The translations under genes and the position numbers were made by a program. The notes under the pieces are model-generated. The model worked only from the letters and a program-made list of their open reading frames with translations. It did no database searches and was not told the origin of the DNA. From NCBI GenBank assembly GCA_050011565.1, contig JBEKIW010000004.1, forward strand, positions 1 through 64,000: 64,000 bases of DNA, in the 5' to 3' direction. This document shows, one piece after another, positions 18,114 to 26,822 of this stretch (the stretch's first letter is position 1; each line of letters begins with the position of its first letter). This DNA is from Dehalococcoidia bacterium (GTDB lineage: Bacteria > Chloroflexota > Dehalococcoidia > GIF9 > UBA5629).

Positions 18114-19994
18114 ATGAATGAGACGAAGGAAGTGATAAGCCGGGAACAGCTATACCGTTACACGGAGGAGGCAGCAAAGGCAGCAGGTTACGAGGAGGGC
18201 TTCGGGCTGAAAGGCTGTGACCTTACCAAGCCTATCTGGTGGGCGGCTTACGTCCGGCAGAGTCTAGAGGAGCAGGCGCAAAACAATCGCATACCTGAGT
18301 ATCTGCTTACCTGCGCACGCATGGCGAAGCAGAGAGCCGTAACCGTGCCGCGGGAATATATTGTTGTTGACCATGAGAGCAGTGAATATCTTGGCCGGAA
18401 GAATATGATGTTCCTCAGGAAGGAGCTAATAGCCAAGCGCAAGATTCAGGGAGTGCTTATACCTTTGCAGGGACGGCTAACAATGGATCCGGGGCAGCAG
18501 ATCATCTTCGAGAGAGAATGCACGCACTACAACGTGGAATTTGTCTTCGGCGATGTGCCCAGCGGAGCGGATTGGGCCAGTAGCACCAGCCGACTGATTA
18601 TGGCTCAGGCCAATGCCCTCAGGGTCAAAACAAACAGAGACAGCGCCAGGGCGGGCAACATAGGAAGAGTACTCAAAGGCATGGTGCCGGCAAGCCGTGC
18701 CACTTACGGCTATCGCTACAAGGCGGACAGGGAGATAGCCTCTGGCGGCAAAGTCATCATCAAGCGGGCGTGGTGGGAACTTGACGAGTTTGATCCTGAT
18801 GGTCAACTCCTCTATGAGAGTCCAGCCTGGGTCGTGATTCAGATCTTTACCTGGGTTGGTACTGAAGGACGCAGCCTGTTCTGGGTAGCCAACAAACTGA
18901 ATAGCATGAGTATCAAAGCCCCAGATGGTGGCAAATGGTCGCCGGCCAGGGTTTCTGCCATCGTCCGTCATAACTGTTACACAGGGACTCACTATTATAA
19001 CGCCAATGCCAGGGTGCCAAACCCCGATAGACCTTTAGTTGACATAACTGCAGAGGTCAAAAGGACGCTTCTGAGGCCTAAACCTAAGGGCGAATGGGTA
19101 GAATTTAAGATTCCAGCCCTGATAAGTGAAGAATTATGGCAGAAAGCCAACGCTTATGTTGCTCGCAGGGGCAGGGGAAGAGGCAAGCAGGGGAAAACGA
19201 TCGAGGCGTTACTTCGCAATCGCATATATTGCCCCAGGTGTGGCAAGCCAATGGTGGTTAGGCGTGCGGGCCACCTGAATGGTGTCTACTACCACTGCTC
19301 CAGATACTTCAAGTCTTGGGTTGAGAACCCCTGCAATTACAGGAAATTCGTCCCTGGTGCCTGGGATCAGCTGGTTTGGCAGGATATTTGCTCGTGGCTT
19401 AGGACTGATTCCTGGGTTGAGCAACAGCTTTCCTCAGAGCAATTGCAGGACGAGAACATGGAAAAGCTAATCAGACTTCAGGTGCTGAAGATATCGCAGG
19501 CGGAGGCCAGAATTACTAAGGTTCAAGAGGGCTTCGAGGCTGGCCTTTACAACTTAGACGAAGCCAAGAGGCGGATTGACGAACACCGGGCAACCACAGC
19601 GAAAGCGCAAAGAGAGATTCAACGACTCAGAGAAAGAATGAAGGACTCGGTTTCTTGTACCACTGACCTTGAGGCGCTGAGAGAAGAATTGAAGGTACTA
19701 CGGGATAGGAATCTGGATGAGGCCACCTTTGAGGAGAAGCTAGACATCGTGTCCAAGCTAGGAATTGCGGTTCATCCTTCCGAAGAACTAGAGTCGATGA
19801 AAGTGATTTGCCAGCTGAACTTCGAGCATCTGCAAGCCAATGAGGGAACCGGGCGAATGGATTCAAGCGAAATACAAACTAACGGTGACAGTGAGTCGGC
19901 GACCGAGTGCCGAAAAATTATGTTTGGTAGGCCGTACAGGGATCGAACCTGTGACACCCTGATTAAAAGTCAGGTGCTCTACCAACTGAGCTAA
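18114..19994 (+). CDS. Large serine recombinase (integrase)
   Basis: Catalytic AYVRQS, YGY recombinase domain, PALISEELW, zinc ribbon CPRCG..YYHC..C, coiled coil; C-terminus encoded antisense to tRNA-Lys. Confidence 0.92.
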   Translation: MNETKEVISREQLYRYTEEAAKAAGYEEGFGLKGCDLTKPIWWAAYVRQSLEEQAQNNRIPEYLLTCARMAKQRAVTVPREYIVVDHESSEYLGRKNMMFLRKELIAKRKIQGVLIPLQGRLTMDPGQQIIFERECTHYNVEFVFGDVPSGADWASSTSRLIMAQANALRVKTNRDSARAGNIGRVLKGMVPASRATYGYRYKADREIASGGKVIIKRAWWELDEFDPDGQLLYESPAWVVIQIFTWVGTEGRSLFWVANKLNSMSIKAPDGGKWSPARVSAIVRHNCYTGTHYYNANARVPNPDRPLVDITAEVKRTLLRPKPKGEWVEFKIPALISEELWQKANAYVARRGRGRGKQGKTIEALLRNRIYCPRCGKPMVVRRAGHLNGVYYHCSRYFKSWVENPCNYRKFVPGAWDQLVWQDICSWLRTDSWVEQQLSSEQLQDENMEKLIRLQVLKISQAEARITKVQEGFEAGLYNLDEAKRRIDEHRATTAKAQREIQRLRERMKDSVSCTTDLEALREELKVLRDRNLDEATFEEKLDIVSKLGIAVHPSEELESMKVICQLNFEHLQANEGTGRMDSSEIQTNGDSESATECRKIMFGRPYRDRTCDTLIKSQVLYQLS

Positions 19995-20000
19995 CGGCCC
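19925..20000 (-). tRNA. tRNA-Lys(TTT)
   Basis: GGGCCGTTAGCTCAGTTGGTAGAGCACCTGAC-T-TTT-AATCAGGGTGTCACAGGTTCGATCCCTGTACGGCCTACCA, 76 nt. Confidence 0.97.
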
Positions 20001-20203
20001 ATTGGATTACATATTATATAGTCGCCAGAAGGGATATTCAACCAGGCTAAGTCGTACTCGCCGCCCAAGAAAGTATGCAAAATAGTATAAGTGTTCTACG
20101 AACGATTGTATAATCTATAGAGATATTGGTGCAGTGGGGGTCTACTTCTTGCCTGATTATTCGTATAATGGAGACGGGTTCTTTTGTGAAAAGGAGCAAT
20201 ACT

Positions 20204-20362
20204 ATGCCAAGCTGGAGAGATTTTATCACCAACATGTCGGTGCCCATGCCGTGGTATAGAAAGATTTATCTTTTGTCCCGTAACCTGTCCATAAGGATAT
20301 TGAGGAGGCGTAGCTGCTGCGGGCATGACGGCGAGCCTGGCTGCTGACAGGTGGCGAAATGA
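20204..20362 (+). CDS. Small Cys-rich protein, candidate selenopeptide (...SCCGHDGEPGC-U-QVAK); ends at 20347 if UGA is a stop
   Basis: AAGGAG RBS; TGA 20345-47 follows GC; SECIS-like hairpin at 20363-20379. Confidence 0.6.
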
Positions 20363-20520
20363 CCTCCTGGTTCGGGGGGGTACAGTCCCAGGTTGATGGC
20401 AATAGCGGACATAATATTTTTATTTTTTCCTGGTGAAATAGGTCGTTATGTATTGACTTTATAGAGGTTTAACCTATAATATCAGATACGGGACATTAAA
20501 ATTAGTCAAGGGAGGGGAAA

Positions 20521-20739
20521 ATGGCTAACAGCGTATACAAGGTTATCACACTGGTGGGAACGAGCCCTGAATCCTGGGAGAAGGCGGCCGCATCGGCTGT
20601 ACAGATGGCTTCGAAAACTCTGCGAGACCTACGTATTGCAGAAATCGAGGAGCTGGACCTGCAGATTGAAAATGGCAAGATTACCAACTACAGGGCGAGG
20701 GTGAGGGTCTCTTTCAAGTACGAAGGCAAAGAAAAATAA
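20521..20739 (+). CDS. Dodecin family protein
   Basis: VYKVITLVGTSPESWEKA...YRARVRVSFKY. Confidence 0.92.
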   Translation: MANSVYKVITLVGTSPESWEKAAASAVQMASKTLRDLRIAEIEELDLQIENGKITNYRARVRVSFKYEGKEK

Positions 20740-20801
20740 TCGCAGCCGGATAGTAATTATCTAGTAGTGTATCCTACGTGGCTTCATACCGCGGATAAAC
20801 C

Positions 20802-20877
20802 TGGAGCGGGTGAGCAGATTCGAACTGCCGACGTCTTGCTTGGGAAGCAAGCATTCTGACCACTGAATTACACCCGC
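20802..20877 (-). tRNA. tRNA-Gly(CCC)
   Basis: GCGGGTGTAATTCAGTGGTCAGAATGCTTGCTT-CCC-AAGCAAGACGTCGGCAGTTCGAATCTGCTCACCCGCTCCA. Confidence 0.96.
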
Positions 20878-20998
20878 AGTGGTAGTTATATTAGCGCTGC
20901 CATGAGCGGGTGTCAATAAGCCGGAGATACTTTACATAATAGTTGTTTTGTTAGCCAGGCGGGTATCTTCGGCGCCACTCTCCTTGCACCGCCCCCAT

Positions 20999-21075
20999 AG
21001 ATTGCCACGGCATTCTTCGACAAGCTCAGAATGAGCGGGGGAACCACGAATTCGTCGAAAGTACTGGCAATGACA
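20999..21075. repeat. REP-like intergenic element
   Basis: AGATTGCCACG...TTCGACAAGCTCAGAATGAGCG...GCAATGAC resembles dispersed palindromic repeats; single copy in this window. Confidence 0.4.
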
Positions 21076-21076
21076 G

Positions 21077-21514
21077 TTATTTAGTTAGCCAGCCGGGGGT
21101 CCTGGCTGCGATAGGGGAGTCGGCACCCGGTATATGCGGCTTGATATCTAAAACGGGAGTGCCGTCTATGGCATCGAGGCCGATGACTTTGAGAACATTG
21201 TCCCGGCATTCCAGAAGTTTAACGGTAGCTATACCAATGGGGTTGGGACGCGCCGGGCTGCGCGTGGCGAAGACGCCGACCAGAGGTAGATTCTGATTGC
21301 GTTTGGGATGCACCTTCATTACGGAGCGCTCTGCAGGAGACGTCCTGTGCATCCAGTAAATAACTATGATATGGGAGAATTCATCTATTCCGCTTAAAGC
21401 TTCCTTCAAATCTTCATTTACTATTATCTCAGAGGTAATCGTCTGCCAGTCCTCTCCTTTCGGTTCTGTGACGGCGTTTCTAACGAAGCCGATTGGCGTT
21501 AGATTTATTTCCAT
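21077..21514 (-). CDS. tsaA: tRNA m6t6A37 methyltransferase TrmO/TsaA
   Basis: PIGFV, GVFATRSPARPNPIG, LDAIDGTPVLDIKP. Confidence 0.92.
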   Translation of the reverse strand: MEINLTPIGFVRNAVTEPKGEDWQTITSEIIVNEDLKEALSGIDEFSHIIVIYWMHRTSPAERSVMKVHPKRNQNLPLVGVFATRSPARPNPIGIATVKLLECRDNVLKVIGLDAIDGTPVLDIKPHIPGADSPIAARTPGWLTK

Positions 21515-21557
21515 AAGTATTAACGGCAGGATAGTCTTATTTCAGGTCCGCGAGAAG

Positions 21558-22856
21558 CTATACCAGAGGCGTTAGTGTTAACAGTTTCCTGGCGATGTCG
21601 GGGTATTTAGCGATGAAAAGGAGCTCGTCCTCGACAAGCGGTTTCTGAGCGCAGACATTGGCATATCTTACCAGCTCCAGGACTTTCTCCGCTTCCTCGG
21701 CACTGGCAAACGAAATCTCGACCACATCTCCGACCTCCTCCTCAACCTTACCTCCGATTTTCTGCTCTATTTTCTTCATTAAGTGTCTGAAACCGGATAT
21801 GCCTCCATATTCGCCAGAGCATATTTCTCTGCCCGTCTCCACGGTAACGGGCTCACCTCTGCCCAGTTCGGCATAGTCGTACAGCTCGTAGTTCTGCGGG
21901 TCTTTCAATACACCGTCAGCATGGATTCCTGAGGCATGGGCAAAGGCATTGGCGCCAACACCCGGCTGGTTTATGGGAATTGGTACTCCGAAGGCATAGC
22001 TGGCGAAGTTGGCTATTTCCCATGACTTCGATAGGTCGATAGGCATGCCCAACTCGTATTTGCCGGTAAAACCCTTTGATTTGGTTATGGCCAGAACAGT
22101 GGCCACCAGGTCGGCGTTGCCGGCCCGCTCTCCAATGCCGTTTACCGTGGTGTTGATATAAGCATCCTGACCACCATCGATGGCGCCTTTAGCTCCAGCA
22201 ATCGATGTGGCTACAGCCATACCCAGGTCGCCGTGGCAGTGAATCTCAATAGGCATGGCGACGTTTTCAGCCAGTGCTTTCACCGTATCGTATATGGTGA
22301 AAGGGTCATTGTAACCAAGAGTATCACAATATCTAAACCTGTCGGCACCGTGCTGTTTGGCTGCTGAAGCAAATTTAATCAAGAAGTCGAGGTCTGTCCT
22401 GGAGGCGTCCTCGGCATTTACCCCGACGGACTCAGCACCCTGTGCGCGGGCAGCGTCAACGGCATTAACCATCATCTGCAAAATGTCATCTTTTGTCTTT
22501 CTTCCCTGAAACTTACCCACAATCATTTGTTCGGAGGTTGAGACTGAGAGGTTGAGGTGCCTTATTTTCGGGACAAGCTTGAAAGCTGTTTTTACATCTT
22601 CCACCTGTGCTCTTATCCAGCCGCCCAGGCGAATCGGATGCAGCACACCCATGTCAGCCAATTCCAGGTTTGCCTGGAGATAAAGCGATTCATGCCGGGT
22701 GGTAGGAAAGCCAAACTCGGACTGAAAAACACCCATCTGGTTCAGGTAAATATTCAACATCGTTTTTTCGAGCTTGGATAAGCCGAGCTTGGCTGTTTGA
22801 ACGCCGTCGCGGTTGGTTACGTCGACTATATAAATTTTTTTCATAATATGCTCCAC
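21558..22856 (-). CDS. DRE-TIM metallolyase, homocitrate synthase / Re-citrate synthase-like
   Basis: DVTNRDGVQ, HCHGDLG, GIGERAGNA, HASGIHADG; substrate not determinable by eye. Confidence 0.8.
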   Translation of the reverse strand: MEHIMKKIYIVDVTNRDGVQTAKLGLSKLEKTMLNIYLNQMGVFQSEFGFPTTRHESLYLQANLELADMGVLHPIRLGGWIRAQVEDVKTAFKLVPKIRHLNLSVSTSEQMIVGKFQGRKTKDDILQMMVNAVDAARAQGAESVGVNAEDASRTDLDFLIKFASAAKQHGADRFRYCDTLGYNDPFTIYDTVKALAENVAMPIEIHCHGDLGMAVATSIAGAKGAIDGGQDAYINTTVNGIGERAGNADLVATVLAITKSKGFTGKYELGMPIDLSKSWEIANFASYAFGVPIPINQPGVGANAFAHASGIHADGVLKDPQNYELYDYAELGRGEPVTVETGREICSGEYGGISGFRHLMKKIEQKIGGKVEEEVGDVVEISFASAEEAEKVLELVRYANVCAQKPLVEDELLFIAKYPDIARKLLTLTPLV

Positions 22857-23010
22857 AAGATTGTCTGCTAAATTACGAAGATGTTCGCTCTAGTCAAGGA
22901 TAGCCCAGAATGTGTCGAATTCTTCTGAAAAAGAATTATATCTTATTGAAAGTATTATATCCCAATCCGGTTCTGTTGCATAGGGCTGTTGACAATGCTA
23001 GAGTAGAGCT

Positions 23011-23817
23011 ATGCAGGGAAAAAGAGAATCCGCTCCACGAAAGGCTTTTAGGGACACAGAAAACTTTAGAAACTCTGCCAAATGGTTTTGGGGGGTTGAT
23101 GTGTTAGGGAGTGCTGTTTTGGCAAGTTTAACTGCCTGCTTAACCTTCAATAAAATCAGCAATTGGCAAGTTGGCTTACTAACATTTTTGGTCTTTGTTT
23201 TTGGTTTGTTTTTTATTTATGGGGTTATTTATGTTTGGAATTTATTTCGTGCTCCTTATAGGCAACGAAATGAGGCTATAGATAAAGTTGATGAACTTGT
23301 ACAAAAAATTGATGCTCTAGAGGAGAGAGATAATTATCAGCGCAATAATCCTACTCAATTTATGAGTACTACACTCGATTTGTTGGTGGTGAATAAGCAG
23401 AATACTTGGGTATCGGCTGATGTTGTTATTGCTTCGAGATTGCCTTTTCCGATAGATATAGGAACTGTTCATGCGGAATTATGGTTTTTGCGTGCAGATG
23501 GGAAAAGACGCAGATGCGATATGGAGACACGCAAAGGTCAAGTATGTGGTACTGTTTCTGGTGAAGCAGGAAAGCGAGATTTAACGGTTGGAGTTCATGT
23601 GGATGATAAGAAATTATCTGAATCGCTCCGAAAATCAGTTCACACTTGCGGGTATGGATGGGCAAATGTAGACGGGAAAATATATATCACGACAAGTGAC
23701 TCAAAAGAGCTTATATTAGGGCTTGGTGAAAAAGCTGTGCTTATTATTAACCCTAGCCTTAGTAGGTCATTCCTAGATAAAAAGTTATCTCCTGAGATAA
23801 AAAATGAACAAAATTGA
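23011..23817 (+). CDS. Passenger membrane protein (2 TM, coiled coil, beta domain)
   Basis: AT-rich 268-aa ORF inside the TIRs. Confidence 0.7.
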   Translation: MQGKRESAPRKAFRDTENFRNSAKWFWGVDVLGSAVLASLTACLTFNKISNWQVGLLTFLVFVFGLFFIYGVIYVWNLFRAPYRQRNEAIDKVDELVQKIDALEERDNYQRNNPTQFMSTTLDLLVVNKQNTWVSADVVIASRLPFPIDIGTVHAELWFLRADGKRRRCDMETRKGQVCGTVSGEAGKRDLTVGVHVDDKKLSESLRKSVHTCGYGWANVDGKIYITTSDSKELILGLGEKAVLIINPSLSRSFLDKKLSPEIKNEQN

Positions 23818-24727
23818 ATGGTGCACAGCCACAAAAAAACATCACTGCTATGACCCGACAACGTACTGCACCGAGCATCATTGTACTGAGCCTGAACCGA
23901 TAAGGTGTAAATGGTGCGGTTCTACCTATGTGATTAAGCATGGCATAGATAATGGCACTCAGAAATACCTTTGTTTGGAGTGTCGGAGGGAATTCTCTAC
24001 TCTTGATGCTCCCTATGGTATGCATACAACTGTGGAGCAAATCGGGGCTAGTCTGGCGATGTACTACACAGGGTTATCGCTTAGCGATATAGTTCAATTC
24101 CTGAAACAGGCTTATGACAATGAGGTTGAGCGTTCTACCGTCTATCGTTGGTTAATCAGGTTCACGAAGGATGCCATAGGCATATTTGAGGAATTCAAGC
24201 CTAAAGTATCCGATACTTGGATTGCAGATGAAACAGCTATTAAGTTTCAAGATAAGCTTTACTGGATATGGGACATAATTGACCGAGATACCCGATTCCT
24301 ACTTGCCAGCTATCTATCACCTAATCGTGGAGCTAAGCAAGCCCAGATACTGATGGAACGAGCTTCCAAGCGGGCTGACACCGTACCAAAGAATGTGATA
24401 ACGGATGGTCTTCTAGCGTACCTCGATGGCATCGAGCTTGCCTTTGGTGCGGATACCAAGCACATTCAAAGCACGCCATTTGCTGAAATTGATAGCACCA
24501 ATATAATTGAGAGATTTCAGGGAACGATTAAGGAACGAACGAAGGTAATATGGGGCTTCAAAACACCTGAGACAGCTAATATAATTCTTCAGGGCTTCTT
24601 AATACACTATAACTTCTTTAGACCACATCTAGCGCTTGAAAACCATACACCCGCTGAGGCAGCCAAGATTAAGTTACCATTTAAAAACTGGGCTGAGTTT
24701 GTAAGGAAAGCTGGTGGTATACTGTAG
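23804..24727 (+). CDS. IS6-family DDE transposase with N-terminal zinc finger
   Basis: CKWCGS..YLCLEC, STVYRW HTH, WIADET, ITDG, NIIERFQGTIKER. Confidence 0.92.
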   Translation: MNKIEWCTATKKHHCYDPTTYCTEHHCTEPEPIRCKWCGSTYVIKHGIDNGTQKYLCLECRREFSTLDAPYGMHTTVEQIGASLAMYYTGLSLSDIVQFLKQAYDNEVERSTVYRWLIRFTKDAIGIFEEFKPKVSDTWIADETAIKFQDKLYWIWDIIDRDTRFLLASYLSPNRGAKQAQILMERASKRADTVPKNVITDGLLAYLDGIELAFGADTKHIQSTPFAEIDSTNIIERFQGTIKERTKVIWGFKTPETANIILQGFLIHYNFFRPHLALENHTPAEAAKIKLPFKNWAEFVRKAGGIL

Positions 24728-24741
24728 TTAGGGGGTGAAAT

Positions 24742-25125
24742 ATGGCAACTGTGAGTATTATCTCATCAGCAGTAGTGGCAGTAGCGGCAATTATAGGTTT
24801 AGTGTGGTCTTATTTTAGGGAACTTGGTGACATTAAACAGAGATTAACGACACTTGAAACAAAAACCGAGCCTTTCTGGAAGTTTGTTAATGAATCTATT
24901 CCAGAAATGCTTATTAGGGGCAGAGGAAATCCTGAACCATATACAAGACGAGACGAATTGTTATTGAGATACCGAGACGGCACTATATTGCCACACGAAA
25001 GGGATGAACTGCTTAGGTTATTAGAAGCTGAAAGGGAAGAAGTTAAAAAGAAAAATGATATAGCTATGCTCATTCTATTGGGTCTTTTAATAGCAGCTTT
25101 GATAGCCGCATCAGCGAGTAAATGA
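24742..25125 (+). CDS. Passenger membrane protein (N- and C-terminal TM helices)
   Basis: GGGGGTG RBS, 127 aa, inside the right TIR. Confidence 0.7.
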   Translation: MATVSIISSAVVAVAAIIGLVWSYFRELGDIKQRLTTLETKTEPFWKFVNESIPEMLIRGRGNPEPYTRRDELLLRYRDGTILPHERDELLRLLEAEREEVKKKNDIAMLILLGLLIAALIAASASK

Positions 25126-25190
25126 TTTGTGGAACTAAGTGAAAAAATTTCTTAGCAGCCAGACGCAACAGAACCCCCAATCCTGGGGTC

Positions 25191-25219
25191 TTGACAAAAC
25201 GCTTAGAATGTGTTAGTGT
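25191..25219 (+). promoter_or_regulatory. Promoter for an orphan RNA
   Basis: TTGACA-17bp-TAGTGT with extended TG. Confidence 0.55.
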
Positions 25220-25222
25220 ATT

Positions 25223-25340
25223 AAAGTCCCAAGCAATCGAGCTACAACCGGGGAGGCAGGGTGCTGGTACGACGTAGGCGAAGGCCGAAAAGTGCCAGAG
25301 GATGTGGAACCGGAAAGGGCGAGGTTACTTGGGGCTTTTT
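25223..25340 (+). ncRNA. Putative structured ncRNA (rod-like, possibly a compact 6S-like RNA)
   Basis: Closing stem AAAGTCCCAAG.AATC/GGTT.CTTGGGGCTTT, CCGG/CCGG, CTGGTAC/GTGCCAG, GGC-GAAG-GCC, then T-tract; no ORF. Confidence 0.6.
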
Positions 25341-26790
25341 ATTTCTTGTGTTCTTCTTCAATCAGTTGCGGATTAAGCGCGCCGATAAAAGATAGATTTC
25401 TGTATTCCCCGTGGTAGTCCAGTCCATAACCTACTACGAACTCATCAGGAATTTCGAAGCCTATATAGTCGAGTGGGACATCGATGAGCCGGCGAACACG
25501 CTTATCCAACAGCGTGCAAACGCGTAAGCTAGCCGGGTTATGCGACGCCAAATGGTTAAGAACATAGTTTAATGTCATCCCGGTGTCCACGATATCTTCG
25601 ACCATCAGCACATCACGCCCGGCGATGCTGGTATCGAGGTCTTTGGTTATCTTTACTGCCGACTCATTGTTAGTGCCATAGTAGGAGATAGCCATAAAGT
25701 CGACGGCGAGGGGCAGGGGGATGTTTTGCATTAAGTCGGCCATAAAGCAGATGACGCCTCTGAGTATGCCGACCAGGACCAGTTTTCTACCGGAGTAGTC
25801 GCGAGTTATATGTTTGGCCAGGGCTTTAATCCGTCGCTGGATCTGGGTGTGACTGAGTAAGACATGGTCTATGCCTTCTATCTTCGTTTCTCCCAGAAGC
25901 CCGTAGCCATATTTGGCCAGCAGCCTGAGATAATCGTTCTTATTGAGAAGCTTTATATTGACCTCGGGATAGAGCTCCCTCAGGCGACGTAACTTGCGAT
26001 TCTTCTCCGTAATCAAGCTCTGTTTAAGCGTCGTCAGCTCAATGTAAATATCCAGCTCAGGCAGGTAAAAATCCGGCGTGAACATCTCCGCCACTTTGTT
26101 GTCCTGCCAGGCCAGTGGAAAAGAGCGAGGTTCATAGAGCCATTCAATACGATAGAAATCAAGCAATTTGGCGAATTCCTCTTCGCTGGGATGGCCGAAG
26201 CTGGATGGCCTAAGCGAAGAAGAAGGTAATTTAGGTATTCGCGTCAGTTTTCGGCGTGTAGCCACCGTTTCTTCATGTTCTGTTTTTAACAACTGATACA
26301 GTTCAGTCTTTTCCAGACTAACGGCGACTATATTAGCTACGGTGCCCACGAAGTCCTTATCGGCTGGCGAGAATTGTCTCGGTTCACGAGTGTAGATTCG
26401 TATTTCGCCGGTTACCTCGCCCTTTTGAATGATTGGCGAAGCGAGTACCGAGCTTATGCCCTCCGTTTCGGCAGCTTCCGGATACTGAGTCCGCTTGTCC
26501 TGTGTGGCATCGAAGATAGCTACTGTTTCCCCATTCAGTACTTCAGGGAGGCTCTCGCTGGCTTTTAATGCTCCCTTTCGAAGGTATAAATCGCTGAGGC
26601 CATAGGCGGCTACGATGTCAAAATGTGCCTTTTGAGGGTTCAGAAGCATTATGGAGCACCCGGCGGCTTTTAAGGCCTTAGAGGTGCTCTTGGCGGCCGA
26701 ATTGAGGACTTTATTCAGAGGCAGAAGTGAGTTACTGGCTCTGGCTATTTGCTTAAAGGCTTGAGAGTAGCTATGCTCTCGGCTATCCAC
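25339..26790 (-). CDS. hpt: GAF + PD-(D/E)xK-like domain + hypoxanthine phosphoribosyltransferase fusion
   Basis: N-terminal GAF; WLYEP..FTPDFYLPE..IELTT; HPRT VEDIVDTG and FVVGYGLDY. Confidence 0.85.
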   Translation of the reverse strand: MDSREHSYSQAFKQIARASNSLLPLNKVLNSAAKSTSKALKAAGCSIMLLNPQKAHFDIVAAYGLSDLYLRKGALKASESLPEVLNGETVAIFDATQDKRTQYPEAAETEGISSVLASPIIQKGEVTGEIRIYTREPRQFSPADKDFVGTVANIVAVSLEKTELYQLLKTEHEETVATRRKLTRIPKLPSSSLRPSSFGHPSEEEFAKLLDFYRIEWLYEPRSFPLAWQDNKVAEMFTPDFYLPELDIYIELTTLKQSLITEKNRKLRRLRELYPEVNIKLLNKNDYLRLLAKYGYGLLGETKIEGIDHVLLSHTQIQRRIKALAKHITRDYSGRKLVLVGILRGVICFMADLMQNIPLPLAVDFMAISYYGTNNESAVKITKDLDTSIAGRDVLMVEDIVDTGMTLNYVLNHLASHNPASLRVCTLLDKRVRRLIDVPLDYIGFEIPDEFVVGYGLDYHGEYRNLSFIGALNPQLIEEEHKK

Positions 26791-26822
26791 AACTTCTTCC
26801 CTTCACAATGTGATTCCGTCAC

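Larger units (their letters stand above)
17332..19924 (+). mobile_element. Integration module of a tRNA-Lys-associated island (left boundary not defined)
   Basis: HTH, Cys-rich protein and serine integrase abut the tRNA 3' end; mosaic accessory DNA lies upstream. Confidence 0.65.
22969..25175 (+). mobile_element. IS6-family element with two passenger genes (2207 bp)
   Basis: TIRs GGTTCTGTTGC-N4-GGCTG at both ends; perfect 8-bp TSD CCCAATCC (22961-68 and 25176-83). Confidence 0.93.
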
